Origin: a virus
Lineage: Duplodnaviria; Heunggongvirae; Uroviricota; Caudoviricetes
DNA: 34,485 bases
IMG/VR virus record: IMGVR_UViG_3300023179_003795
Span: 64,001-98,485 of that record
Reading direction: 5' to 3' (one strand)
In this document: piece after piece, positions 1-9,748 of the stretch
How the letters are laid out: each line of letters opens with the position of its first letter
Numbering within the stretch: position 1 is the stretch's first letter
Position numbers and translations under genes: made by a program
The notes under the pieces: model-generated
The model's database searches: none
Told to the model about the DNA's origin: nothing
What the model saw: the letters and a program-made list of their open reading frames with translations, nothing else

Positions 1-1
1 T

Positions 2-547
2 GGTGATGTTTCCGAAGTTGATTACGCTAAAGATGGTAAATGGGTCGCCGATGGTACTTGTAGAGACGATTTAAGATTTAAGCGAGGTTTACAAGCAATC
101 AAAGAAAAAGGAGAAGATCCAAATACTTATATTAAAAAAGCTGACGCTGAATTATCTAAGGGTGAATTTTGGAATGAAACAATGAGTACTAAACCTAAAT
201 GGAACTCAACGGATTCTTCAGGAAAATATCAAGCAGCGATTATCAATTTAGATAACTATTGGGATTTATTATATAAAAAGCATATAACACAAGTTATAAA
301 TCATAGTGCTGGTTACAGAGATATATTTAATATGAATGCAAATCGTAGAATGGATATCCAATGTGTAGTCGCAAAACAAATAAGATTTAGTGGTGATAAA
401 GATTATATTCTAACATACTCAGGAAATAATATTTGGAAGTATGATAAATACAATATTCGTATCAAATACGATGGTTCATCATTTTTCTTATACAATGCTG
501 ATAAAAATGACGAATTAATCGCTGTTTTTATGGATTCAGGTTATTAA
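2..547 (+). CDS. Hypothetical protein, 5'-truncated by the window edge
   Basis: The frame of ORF 182..547 is open back to base 2 (GDVSEVDYAKDGKWVADG...), so the Met at 182 is probably internal. Confidence 0.75.
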   Translation, partial: GDVSEVDYAKDGKWVADGTCRDDLRFKRGLQAIKEKGEDPNTYIKKADAELSKGEFWNETMSTKPKWNSTDSSGKYQAAIINLDNYWDLLYKKHITQVINHSAGYRDIFNMNANRRMDIQCVVAKQIRFSGDKDYILTYSGNNIWKYDKYNIRIKYDGSSFFLYNADKNDELIAVFMDSGY

Positions 548-674
548 TTAGAATTGATAATATCACCTAATTCTTCCAATGGTGTAGTATTAAATAACTA
601 TTATATCAGTAATTTTATAAATCTATTAGGGGATAAACCTGAACTTTAAAATTTTTAAATTAATATATAACAAA

Positions 675-700
675 AAAAGGTGGATTTTACTCCACCTTTT
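675..700. terminator. Bidirectional intrinsic terminator
   Basis: AAAAGGTGGA-ttttac-TCCACCTTTT perfect 10-bp stem with A/T tracts on both sides, between convergent genes and overlapping the stop of 687..1106. Confidence 0.8.
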
Positions 701-1106
701 CTGTTTCTGATGATATGGAAGTTTCTTCAACTTCAATTATCTTTATTTCGGGTATTACATCATCCCGTTTTATATTAAAATCAAGTCCAACTAACTCATC
801 CAATGATGATGAATTAAACAACTCTTCTAATTGTCTTTTCTTTTCAGCCAATAACTTAACCTTTTGTTCTCTTTCAATATTTGTATTAATTATTTGTGTA
901 ACAAAACCTAACATACTACTAAAAGAAATTGTGGGATCTTTTGTTATAAGATAAGTTAAATTATCTTTCTTCTTAACAATTATACCCTCTTGTTCTATTT
1001 GCCATTCTGGTTTAAAATAACACTTCATTAGTTTTATTTGTCCATCAAACTCAAATGAAAATACGTGTCCTTTATAGTTCTCAAATACTTCGTCAATATT
1101 ATTCAT
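687..1106 (-). CDS. Hypothetical protein with coiled-coil C-terminal half
   Basis: 139-aa ORF overlapping the upstream gene by 8 nt; EREQKVKLLAEKKRQLEELF is a heptad-like stretch. Confidence 0.7.
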   Translation of the reverse strand: MNNIDEVFENYKGHVFSFEFDGQIKLMKCYFKPEWQIEQEGIIVKKKDNLTYLITKDPTISFSSMLGFVTQIINTNIEREQKVKLLAEKKRQLEELFNSSSLDELVGLDFNIKRDDVIPEIKIIEVEETSISSETEKVE

Positions 1107-1491
1107 CTTTTTTTTCCTTTTCTATTTTATATATTGGATGTAATGTTTCTTTATCAATTTCCATTAATATCTTATAGTTTAATAAATCATCCGACCCATA
1201 ATCCCCTGATTGTTCAAATTGAATTGTTTTTGGATTAAATACTAATCCATTTACAACATTTCCTATTGGATCTAAAAACTCAATTGTTACTTCTTCAATA
1301 TTAAACAAATCTTTTGGATTAATATGGTGATGAACAGTTTCATATACTTCAGTTGAAAACATTAGTTTATCACCATCATTAAAGATTTTATACTTCCTAA
1401 AAAGATATTCTTCAATATCACACCCTTTTAATTTAATAATCCACCTATTTGTTTTAAGTGGTTCAAAATATTCCCATTTATTTATACTCAT
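1099..1491 (-). CDS. Shortened tail-tube (gp19-like) paralog, putative
   Basis: Motifs FEPLKTNRWIIKL, VTIEFLDPIGNVV and GDYGSDDL resemble the N-terminal and C-terminal motifs of gp19-type tube proteins of large phages (recalled); the central part appears to be missing. Confidence 0.45.
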   Translation of the reverse strand: MSINKWEYFEPLKTNRWIIKLKGCDIEEYLFRKYKIFNDGDKLMFSTEVYETVHHHINPKDLFNIEEVTIEFLDPIGNVVNGLVFNPKTIQFEQSGDYGSDDLLNYKILMEIDKETLHPIYKIEKEKKDE

Positions 1492-1495
1492 ACTA

Positions 1496-1801
1496 TTACC
1501 AATCAGGATTTAATTTATATCTTAAATGATCTAATAAAATTACAATACCAGCCGAAAAACAAGCGTCAAAGAACATAGTTACTAAAAAACTACCACCAAT
1601 GAATGTCGCTGTTGGACTAAATAATACTAAACTTAAAAACCATCCAACGTGAAAACCACAGCATAATGGACATCTAAATACTGAACTCCAATATTCGTTA
1701 ATACTTTCAGTCCAATCCCTTAACCATCTAAAAATCTTGCTTTGTGTTATAATTGTTGTAATACCAAAACTAATAATACTAAATAAAAATAAATTAATCA
1801 T
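1496..1801 (-). CDS. Small membrane protein, DUF1360-like
   Basis: Hydrophobic helices plus a CPLCCGFHVGW motif. The start is probably the ATG at 1801 (ATGA overlap with the upstream stop) rather than 1816. Confidence 0.6.
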   Translation of the reverse strand: MINLFLFSIISFGITTIITQSKIFRWLRDWTESINEYWSSVFRCPLCCGFHVGWFLSLVLFSPTATFIGGSFLVTMFFDACFSAGIVILLDHLRYKLNPDW

Positions 1802-1980
1802 ATTGTAAATCCACAAATTAATAGTGTAATTATTATTGAAAGTGATACACCTAAAACAATTAACTCTGTCATAGGTATAGGTTTAACTCTGTCAGCCGTT
1901 ATTCTTTTATAAAATAAGAAACCACTTCTTAAACAATTTAAGAAACTTATTACAAAAAGAAATACTAATATATGTGTCAT
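1798..1980 (-). CDS. Small two-helix membrane protein
   Basis: 60 aa, two hydrophobic segments, ATGA-coupled on both sides. Confidence 0.65.
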   Translation of the reverse strand: MTHILVFLFVISFLNCLRSGFLFYKRITADRVKPIPMTELIVLGVSLSIIITLLICGFTI

Positions 1981-2171
1981 TTTACCCCACGACCTTTCAT
2001 CGTTTTTTTTATTTTATTTACATTCTTCCACATTACCCTTGTTTCAGATATCAATTCTTTTAATTTTTTTCTCAATTTAAATGAATACATTTTCTTACCT
2101 TTAATATAATATTGTTCAGACAATATCTCAACTTCTTTTAATATATTCTTTAACTTTTGATATTCTTCCAT
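1977..2171 (-). CDS. Small basic protein, histone H1-like Hc1 family-like
   Basis: MEEYQKLK...YYIKGKK...LRKKLKEL pattern resembles Bacteroidota Hc1-like proteins (recalled). The ATG at 2171 lies 1 nt after the upstream TAA; the track start at 2180 is a TTG. Confidence 0.45.
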   Translation of the reverse strand: MEEYQKLKNILKEVEILSEQYYIKGKKMYSFKLRKKLKELISETRVMWKNVNKIKKTMKGRGVK

Positions 2172-2172
2172 A

Positions 2173-2589
2173 TTATTCAACCTTTGCTTGATTTATCAAA
2201 CCCATATTTGTTAAATATTCTTCAACAACATTCCAATTAATAAATGGTCTGCCATATGGTACTTCATCACCATCATCATTCTTTGTTTTCATTATACTTA
2301 AAGGAGCACCCAATCCAGCATCATCAATATATAACTCAGCATAACATTTTGGACTTGAAGTCCATTTCGCTTGTGTTGGATTATAACCCACACCATATAA
2401 TTCAATACCATTTTCTTTAAACCAATCAATAGCATCACCCAATTCGTGTCCGCTACGCATTGTATTTAAAATTAATTGATGTCCATTTTCCACCAATTTT
2501 TTTAATACCGGAACCGCTCCGATATCTTGTCCTACTCTTGGATACTCGTGTGTCACAACGGTTCCATCAAAGTCGAGGGATATTACCAT
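2173..2589 (-). CDS. HAD-superfamily hydrolase (BT0820-like)
   Basis: Motif I ISLDFDGTVV, motif II LILNTMR, and YIDD acidic motif. Confidence 0.8.
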   Translation of the reverse strand: MVISLDFDGTVVTHEYPRVGQDIGAVPVLKKLVENGHQLILNTMRSGHELGDAIDWFKENGIELYGVGYNPTQAKWTSSPKCYAELYIDDAGLGAPLSIMKTKNDDGDEVPYGRPFINWNVVEEYLTNMGLINQAKVE

Positions 2590-2608
2590 AATTTTTATTA
2601 TTTATTTT

Positions 2609-3259
2609 TTATTTATTTTTTTGATTTAATACTGCGATCCCACACGTAATTGCATCCGCAATATCATAGTTATTCTTCTTTAATCTACCTTTAGTATCCT
2701 TCAACCATTCCAATTTAGGATATAGTTTATTCACTTCATCAAATATTACTTTCTTCTTATCCAATGTAGCATACCCTTCTTTATCTACCTTATAATAATG
2801 TCTGTGTTCTTCTTTAATTTCATCAATACTATCAGTCTTTTTCTTATACTCTCCAAATAATACCAATTTATTCTTAGCAGAACCAACTTGCATTAAATTA
2901 GGGAATGCTTTCGCTCTTGAATCATATGATGAAATGTATTTAGGTGCTACACCCAATATATCATAACACATTTTAGATATAATACCATTAAATTTTAATA
3001 GAGTTGCTACTGTATACACATTGTTTGAACCTAATAAAGGTTCTTCAATCCAAATATGTTTAATTGGCATGCCTTCATATTCCTCAATAAGAGTTTGAAC
3101 TAGGTTAGCCTTCTCATATAATAGAGAATCATTTGTAGCGTTTTTAACCTTTGGTTCAATTTGTTTAAGTTCTAATACTTTTTCATTGTTATAGTCAAAT
3201 AGAGCGATACCAACACAAGATGTAGATATATCGAGACATAACATAAATATTTTTTCCAT
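2609..3259 (-). CDS. RuvC-like Holliday junction resolvase
   Basis: RNase H-fold acidic motifs CLDISTSCVG, IWIEEP and DIADAITCG. Confidence 0.75.
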   Translation of the reverse strand: MEKIFMLCLDISTSCVGIALFDYNNEKVLELKQIEPKVKNATNDSLLYEKANLVQTLIEEYEGMPIKHIWIEEPLLGSNNVYTVATLLKFNGIISKMCYDILGVAPKYISSYDSRAKAFPNLMQVGSAKNKLVLFGEYKKKTDSIDEIKEEHRHYYKVDKEGYATLDKKKVIFDEVNKLYPKLEWLKDTKGRLKKNNYDIADAITCGIAVLNQKNK

Positions 3260-3265
3260 ATACGG

Positions 3266-3293
3266 AATATATAAAGAAATAAAAGATTGTAAA
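3266..3293 (-). promoter_or_regulatory. Possible promoter TTTACA-N16-TATATT close to the resolvase start
   Basis: Minus strand reads TTTACA aatcttttatttcttta-like spacer then TATATT, ending 6 nt before the ATG; a TTATATAT box also precedes the glycosyltransferase start. AT-richness makes a chance match possible. Confidence 0.3.
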
Positions 3294-3295
3294 TA

Positions 3296-4333
3296 TTATA
3301 AAGTTTTAAAAAAAGATACTACTTCTGTTTTACCTAATTTATAGTTTATATTCTTTGTAAAATAAAAATCCATATTTATTTTACCAACCACACAATAAAC
3401 TTCAATCTCCAAATCATCTAAAACCAAATCTTTAGGATTGTGTTTATTTATTAACTTATTTAAATAAGCTGACATAATATGTGAATAATCAATAAAATCC
3501 GAATGAGATATTTTAGTCCAACTATAACTATTAACCCATTTTTCACCATTATTAAATATTACTTCACAATCTTCATTATCCCAAATAGCGTTATCAATAT
3601 CATCATATTCTAAATTATCCCACAATTGATTCACTTTAACAATATAATTTAACGATTTAATGTCGTTATCAGTTAAAAACTTATCATTAGTATCTTTAAC
3701 CTGTTTTTCAAATTCAACATCTCTTTCAACAATTCTTCTTGGAATGAATAATTTACCTTTCTTAGATTGTTCAGATTCGTTAATTGATTTAATTTTAATT
3801 GGTTTTATATTTTTAAATGGGTTTTCATTAGGGTCATCCATAAATCTACTTGTGAATAATAATTCGGTTCCTTCTAATTTAAAATCATTCCATATAAAAT
3901 ATATTATAGCGTCTTTTATTTCGTATGGTAAATTATCCCAATTATCCATGTCAACATATTCTGACAACTCTTCATCTGAAACATCCGGATTGTCCATATC
4001 AATATCAGCATTATATAAAAATTCTATCGGTACTTCTATTTTATATAGAACAGGTCTATTTGTGGAAACGTAATCTGATTTACCTAACTGAAAATAAATC
4101 AATGGCTCCGGACTAAATGATTTATAATTTTTACCATATGTTAATTTAAAACCTTCCTTATCAATAATTTCAGACATTTCTTTAGTATTTGCATGATATA
4201 ATGGTATCATTTCACCGTATTTTAATTTAACAGCCCTAATCCAATCATCAAAATCACTACCATTAAGAATCATATCCTTAATAATATCACTTTTACTATC
4301 CTCCCTTAATATTCGTTTGATTAAATCCTTCAT
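3296..4333 (-). CDS. Putative head-packaged protein with ADP-ribosyltransferase-like N-terminal domain
   Basis: MKDLIKRILRE leader; LYHANT...IIDKEGFK...IYF...LYKIEVP pattern; coupled (TAA-T-ATG) to the structural operon. Confidence 0.45.
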   Translation of the reverse strand: MKDLIKRILREDSKSDIIKDMILNGSDFDDWIRAVKLKYGEMIPLYHANTKEMSEIIDKEGFKLTYGKNYKSFSPEPLIYFQLGKSDYVSTNRPVLYKIEVPIEFLYNADIDMDNPDVSDEELSEYVDMDNWDNLPYEIKDAIIYFIWNDFKLEGTELLFTSRFMDDPNENPFKNIKPIKIKSINESEQSKKGKLFIPRRIVERDVEFEKQVKDTNDKFLTDNDIKSLNYIVKVNQLWDNLEYDDIDNAIWDNEDCEVIFNNGEKWVNSYSWTKISHSDFIDYSHIMSAYLNKLINKHNPKDLVLDDLEIEVYCVVGKINMDFYFTKNINYKLGKTEVVSFFKTL

Positions 4334-4334
4334 A

Positions 4335-6947
4335 TTAAAAATCTAAATTAATTTGATAGATTGTTGAATTTTGTCTTGACTTAATTACCGGTGTAGCCAA
4401 TTTAGCAATACCCACCAAATCTTTATCATCGCTATATATACCTACTTCACTTATATATGGAGTTCCTGTAAATACATTAAATGTTGGATTTACCGACCTA
4501 TTAAACATTGTTTCATCAATCACACATAATAAATTAGTTTGATATACCGTAGCACCAATATCTGTTGATATATTACCAAATAAGAAATCTTCATCCCCTA
4601 ATTGTAATGTTGAATTGGTTGTATTATACGTCATATAGTCAGTTATATTAAACTGATTTCCATATGTTAAAGCCGACCAACTTAATCTTATTTTACTACT
4701 ATTCAAGTTAGAACCAACCATAGGGAAACCAACTGTTTGATTTCTTACGGATGATGTCATATCATATATTGTCCAACCTGAAGGATTATACGTATCACCA
4801 CTTATTGTTTTCTTTAATAACACATAAAACTTATCTGCTGTATATCCTGTCCAATTACTGAAATTAGATAAGAATCCAAATCCACCAGTAGGGAAAGATA
4901 AATAAATATCAGTAGCGATATTCTTACTTGGATTTATCGTTGAGTAGTTTAAACAAGGTAAGGCTGTCGTAAATCCTGTTGATGAACCTAGCATATAACT
5001 AACCCATAATTGTTCAGTTGTTGCTGACATAATACCTCTTGTTTCTACACCACAAGGATCTACAATACTTTCAGTTAATGTAGGTTTTGGTAATGTCCAA
5101 TTTCTATTTGATTTATATGATAAAGCAGCATTTACTTCTTTATCTTCCATAATAGCAACTTTCAAATCAGGAAATACTTTACCAACAGCATATCCATCAA
5201 TCGTATCCACTAAATCATAATATCTTAATGAGAAATCACTATTTATTGTTTTACCTGTAAATCCTGTTGTATTACCAGATGGTAAATTAAATAACCCTAA
5301 TGGTGTTGATACGTTAAAGAAATCATTATCTAAAAATGTATACGATAATGTATTCTTATCTAATATAATTCTTCTTGTATCATCTACCAATGAAATAACA
5401 CCATTAGCAGTTTCACCTGAATTTAATAAATTAAAACCAACATTTAACGATTTTCTTAAACTTGTTCCACCTGGTTTTGTTATATTCAATAATGTGAATT
5501 CATTATCAATTGCTGTTGAGCCTGTAAATGTGGTAATAATAACTCTATCACCCGGATTAAATGGTATTGAGTCTGTCATATTAAATATTGAAACATTACC
5601 TCTACCATCACCATAGTTTCCTGTTGTTACACCACTAAATGAAAAGTTCTTTCTGGTGTATAAATTATAACCAGTAGCATTTGTTATACCACTCCAACTT
5701 AAATAGATACTCGTATTTTCACTACCTGTATTATATCCCACACCATAAGTTGTTTTATCAAATAAATAACCATCTTTTTTATAGTAGAACTTCTTAGTTG
5801 CTAAAGTTTCACCTCTATCAGTATAAGCAGATACATAGAATGTATAACCACTAAACATTTTAGCAACACCCACATTTGTATAACCTGTTATTTGTAAATT
5901 AGGTGTATCTATTGTTGGTATATTTAATTCAATTTCATTTGTAAAATACTTATCTTCTGTATTAGCAGTAAATGTATGTCCAATAACATTACTTTTATGA
6001 TACATAAGTGTTGGGAAACTAAACTTAGTTTTAGTCATAAACTCACCATATTCATTACCAACTGAATTGTTCGTGTAATGAAAAATACCCATATTTTCAA
6101 GGTTATTTGGGTAGTTATTAAACAAAACTAAAGAACCTTTATATGGATCTGTTTTATAAGATCCATAACCTGTATTATAACCCATAGGATTTTTATTCCA
6201 TACAATAGATAAGTTCCATACCGGAACATCATATTGACTTAAAGTACAAGTCCCTGATAGATTTAAATTACCACTATCCCAATAAGCGGTTGGTGTATTT
6301 AAACCATAGTAATTAGTAATAGAATTACCACTTGGATATACGAATATTTTAACTTGATTACTTGGATAACTATTCAATTTAGGTAATAACCTATCTAAAC
6401 TCATAGTAAAATTAGTTCCCATAGTTCCTGTCACACCAGTAACTCTATACCATAAGTAAGGGACTGGAACACTAACAGAAGTTTCACCACTAAAACTAAT
6501 TAAAAGCATATCATTAATAACAGGAACATAAGCATTACCTGTTGTTGCGGTTGTCGCTGATACGGTTAAACCATTCTTAAAATCAACACTATTAGCATTT
6601 AATATTTGTTTATATAAACCAATTGTATTGTATGAAGAACCCGTAAAGAAACCTCTAATTTTAGCAGTATTTGTAATAATATTTTTATCTACATATTGAT
6701 AGTCAATAACCTTAAAAAAGTTAGACGGATCTGATTCATTAGGTATTAAAGGATACTTAATATCCGGATTATTATCCTTTGGTTTAAGAATATTAAGACC
6801 TGATGGTGTAGGGTAGTTATAATTTACTTCACTATCACCAACAGCAAAATAGGTATAATTTAACATACCAGATGCTAACTTTAATCTACCTTTATCAGTA
6901 ATTTTTATATTTAAAATTGGACTATTATTTTTTATTATGTATGACAT
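4335..6947 (-). CDS. Virion structural protein (baseplate/tail-fibre associated)
   Basis: 870 aa, Thr/Gly/Asn-rich; N-terminal ILNIKITDKGR...YFAVGDSEVNY and C-terminal ISEVGIYSDDKDLVGIAKL...QINLDF motifs typical of large-phage baseplate proteins; located in the baseplate cluster. Confidence 0.7.
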   Translation of the reverse strand: MSYIIKNNSPILNIKITDKGRLKLASGMLNYTYFAVGDSEVNYNYPTPSGLNILKPKDNNPDIKYPLIPNESDPSNFFKVIDYQYVDKNIITNTAKIRGFFTGSSYNTIGLYKQILNANSVDFKNGLTVSATTATTGNAYVPVINDMLLISFSGETSVSVPVPYLWYRVTGVTGTMGTNFTMSLDRLLPKLNSYPSNQVKIFVYPSGNSITNYYGLNTPTAYWDSGNLNLSGTCTLSQYDVPVWNLSIVWNKNPMGYNTGYGSYKTDPYKGSLVLFNNYPNNLENMGIFHYTNNSVGNEYGEFMTKTKFSFPTLMYHKSNVIGHTFTANTEDKYFTNEIELNIPTIDTPNLQITGYTNVGVAKMFSGYTFYVSAYTDRGETLATKKFYYKKDGYLFDKTTYGVGYNTGSENTSIYLSWSGITNATGYNLYTRKNFSFSGVTTGNYGDGRGNVSIFNMTDSIPFNPGDRVIITTFTGSTAIDNEFTLLNITKPGGTSLRKSLNVGFNLLNSGETANGVISLVDDTRRIILDKNTLSYTFLDNDFFNVSTPLGLFNLPSGNTTGFTGKTINSDFSLRYYDLVDTIDGYAVGKVFPDLKVAIMEDKEVNAALSYKSNRNWTLPKPTLTESIVDPCGVETRGIMSATTEQLWVSYMLGSSTGFTTALPCLNYSTINPSKNIATDIYLSFPTGGFGFLSNFSNWTGYTADKFYVLLKKTISGDTYNPSGWTIYDMTSSVRNQTVGFPMVGSNLNSSKIRLSWSALTYGNQFNITDYMTYNTTNSTLQLGDEDFLFGNISTDIGATVYQTNLLCVIDETMFNRSVNPTFNVFTGTPYISEVGIYSDDKDLVGIAKLATPVIKSRQNSTIYQINLDF

Positions 6948-6951
6948 ATTC

Positions 6952-6959
6952 TATAAATA
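6952..6959 (-). promoter_or_regulatory. TATTTATA putative late-promoter motif
   Basis: TATTTATA-gaat-ATG, 4 nt upstream of the 870-aa gene. Confidence 0.6.
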
Positions 6960-7610
6960 CTATTGTATTGAAAATAATTTGATGTTATTTAATCTAACTT
7001 CATCAGTGCTCCTAATAAAGAAATCTAACCATAGGTTTGTTGATGTAATTCCACTCATATCTATATAATGGTTATAAGTTCCAGGGGTATTTACCCTACC
7101 TACTCTATTATTATAATTAAATACGTCTATTATAAAATCAGCGTTATTGGTTACATTATATTGTAATAAATAAGTTGTTGCTGACACGACTTTAATTAAA
7201 ACATTACCTGATAATGTAGTAGCACTTGTTGTTGTTAAACCTGTATAATTAGGTAATCCTTGTGTTGTATATACCTTAGTTAAGGCAGAATAAGATGTAT
7301 TAGTTGTTGTTATACCACTAAAATTATTATATGTGTTACCTGATATATAAACATTATAACTATAACCTATATTATTCCAATTAACTATAAATCCTTCCGA
7401 ACCAACACCCTTATCAAAGAATGTTGATTTCCTTTCAATAAAATTACCCGAATAATCAAAAGAATCTACAATAATATTATTGTATCTAGCCCCTGTTGAA
7501 AATGTCCCACCTGTAATAATATTAAATGTGTTAGGGTAATGATTAGGATTTAAAACATACCCATCAACTCTTTTATCTTTTCTTATATCTCCACTTAAAT
7601 ATATATCCAT
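6960..7610 (-). CDS. Virion structural protein, putative
   Basis: 216 aa, beta-rich, Thr/Gly-rich; shares a module with 10663..11844; TAATG-coupled. Confidence 0.6.
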   Translation of the reverse strand: MDIYLSGDIRKDKRVDGYVLNPNHYPNTFNIITGGTFSTGARYNNIIVDSFDYSGNFIERKSTFFDKGVGSEGFIVNWNNIGYSYNVYISGNTYNNFSGITTTNTSYSALTKVYTTQGLPNYTGLTTTSATTLSGNVLIKVVSATTYLLQYNVTNNADFIIDVFNYNNRVGRVNTPGTYNHYIDMSGITSTNLWLDFFIRSTDEVRLNNIKLFSIQ

Positions 7611-9748
7611 TACATTAAATTATCACCAACATTATTAGAAGTAAATACACTACCCTCATCAATACCTCTTTTATATACATATTTTTGTGTTTGGAATTTA
7701 GTATTCGTAATCTTTTCACCTACAAATGATATTGTTGTCGCAGGAACAAATTGTTTAACTAAATTACTCCAATAATCACCTATACTATCCAAATACTTTA
7801 ATACGTGTATATATCTAAAACCTGTTGTTCCAGAAGCATTTAAATATTCCTCATATACTTTATATAGTGTCGGATATTGTGATATACCTTTCCTATTTCT
7901 TACATTTATAAGTCTTGAATAAGTTTCATCTAAGAAATGTTGTAACCCTTGTGGGGTTTGATTTAACCATTGACTAAACCAAGTATTACCCGATAAAGTT
8001 GTATAATAATAGTTATATACATCATTCTCAATTGGCTTACTTAACTTCAAGTTTAAATCAATAAACTTATTATTCAATATTAATCTTTCATCATTTGTTT
8101 CATAATTAGCATAACTTTCATCCACATAATCAGCCCTTACAACATCTGTCACTCCCGATACAAACCAAACTTTCTTATTATCTATCTCTTGTGTTAATTC
8201 AAATCCGTAATTTAAACCTGGAAACTTCTCAAAGTATTGTTGGTATGTTGGCATCTGATAATAGAAAGTATCAGTATTATTTAATATAAATGGATAACCT
8301 TCAGTATCAACAGGTATTGTTGTAGTATCAATTACTGTTCCTGTCTGTACTTCAGTTAAACTAATAACCGACTCTAATTCATCGATACTAATCTTACCAT
8401 CGGATAAATACACATACTCATTAAACTCATATAAACTTTCAGGTGCTCCGATATATTCCAATATAAACTCAATAGCCTTTCTCGTTCCTTTTGATTTGAA
8501 TAGATACGCTGAATTTAAGAATAATCTCCTCCAAAACTCTATATCTAATTCATATGGGGTTTTATTCTTAGTATTAGTTAAAACTTGTGGTGTGTTAGTT
8601 CCAAATACATTTACTAATAAATCGTCTGAACTATAAATTGTATCTGCTTTCCAACCAATTGTTTCGGCTAAGTTTTTAATTAAATTATCCGCAGCATTAT
8701 TTTTCTTATCATATGTAACAGTATTAGCGAAAGCCAACCCATCAATATATTTCTTGATTTCGTCAAAACTTCTACCATAAACCTGTAACATCTTTTGTAT
8801 TTTCTGATCTGGTGTATCAAAATCCACAATACTATCAGATATATAAAATCTAGCAATTAAATTAGATTTAATTTCATCTATTTCATTACCAATATTTACT
8901 AAAGTAGTGATATATTGTTCTAAATAATTTACGTTAATATTTGGATTATAACCATAAAAATATGTTTCCCACGTTATTGATGTTGTATCATCAACTAATG
9001 TATCTTCAGTATATCTACGATATTTAAATGTTGCTGTATATAATGGTGTAGAATCCCTATTCAATAAAAATTGTTGTATTTCATCAAACGCTTTAAAAGC
9101 ATTTTCCCTTTCCAAATAATTTGGTTTAATAAGGAAATTCGCTGTTGTTGTTGAAAATATATTACCATTTACACTTATAGTTAAATAATTGTCATCCGTT
9201 ATTAAACCCACTAATGGAGTTTCTTCATTATTATATTCCAATACAAACTTATCATAATATTTAACAAGATTTCTTAAAGTAGTTCCACTAACACTATTAT
9301 CTAATAATCCATCACTAGTTAAAGTGATATTATATGGGTTATATATAAATCCTATTGGTATTTGAAATTGTGTAAGGTTTGTCCCTGAATTATATGTTAA
9401 ACTGTATAGTGTTTGGTTATAATAAATACCAGCAGGAAAATCGGTAATAATACCATTTACAGCAGCCCTTAATCTTTCAGATAATGAACCATAATTTGCA
9501 TAGTTTGTAATATCTGAATAGTTAAAGTTTATGAATATGTTTAAGTTGGTATTGTACCCATTGGTTTGATAGTTATATACTAAAGGATGTCCTGCCATAG
9601 GTAATATACCTTGTGATGTGGCGATATTAGTTGTAATACTAAAATCACCAAAACTAAACAAAGGAGTTCCCTTAGTAGAAGCAAATTGCAGACCTACAAG
9701 GTTGTCTCCGAATACAGATGATCCATTTCTAAATTGTTTAATTGCCAT
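7610..9748 (-). CDS. Baseplate wedge protein (gp7/P2 gpI-like segment), putative
   Basis: 712 aa; YLFKSKGTRKAIEFIL...EFNEY motif typical of wedge/tail-I proteins; cluster context. Confidence 0.6.
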   Translation of the reverse strand: MAIKQFRNGSSVFGDNLVGLQFASTKGTPLFSFGDFSITTNIATSQGILPMAGHPLVYNYQTNGYNTNLNIFINFNYSDITNYANYGSLSERLRAAVNGIITDFPAGIYYNQTLYSLTYNSGTNLTQFQIPIGFIYNPYNITLTSDGLLDNSVSGTTLRNLVKYYDKFVLEYNNEETPLVGLITDDNYLTISVNGNIFSTTTANFLIKPNYLERENAFKAFDEIQQFLLNRDSTPLYTATFKYRRYTEDTLVDDTTSITWETYFYGYNPNINVNYLEQYITTLVNIGNEIDEIKSNLIARFYISDSIVDFDTPDQKIQKMLQVYGRSFDEIKKYIDGLAFANTVTYDKKNNAADNLIKNLAETIGWKADTIYSSDDLLVNVFGTNTPQVLTNTKNKTPYELDIEFWRRLFLNSAYLFKSKGTRKAIEFILEYIGAPESLYEFNEYVYLSDGKISIDELESVISLTEVQTGTVIDTTTIPVDTEGYPFILNNTDTFYYQMPTYQQYFEKFPGLNYGFELTQEIDNKKVWFVSGVTDVVRADYVDESYANYETNDERLILNNKFIDLNLKLSKPIENDVYNYYYTTLSGNTWFSQWLNQTPQGLQHFLDETYSRLINVRNRKGISQYPTLYKVYEEYLNASGTTGFRYIHVLKYLDSIGDYWSNLVKQFVPATTISFVGEKITNTKFQTQKYVYKRGIDEGSVFTSNNVGDNLM

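Noticed and set aside
548-660. Possible small minus-strand ORF ending FNTTPLEELGDIINSN
   Set aside because: In-frame TAA and TAG lie immediately upstream and there is no start codon.
6945-6962. 216-aa and 870-aa genes are in frame, separated by TAG-TAT-TTA-TAG-AAT; possible TAG recoding or readthrough
   Set aside because: ORFs up to 1195 aa contain no internal TAG and known enzymes are full length in the standard code. The spacer is explained by the TATTTATA motif, and the 870-aa gene has its own typical N-terminus.
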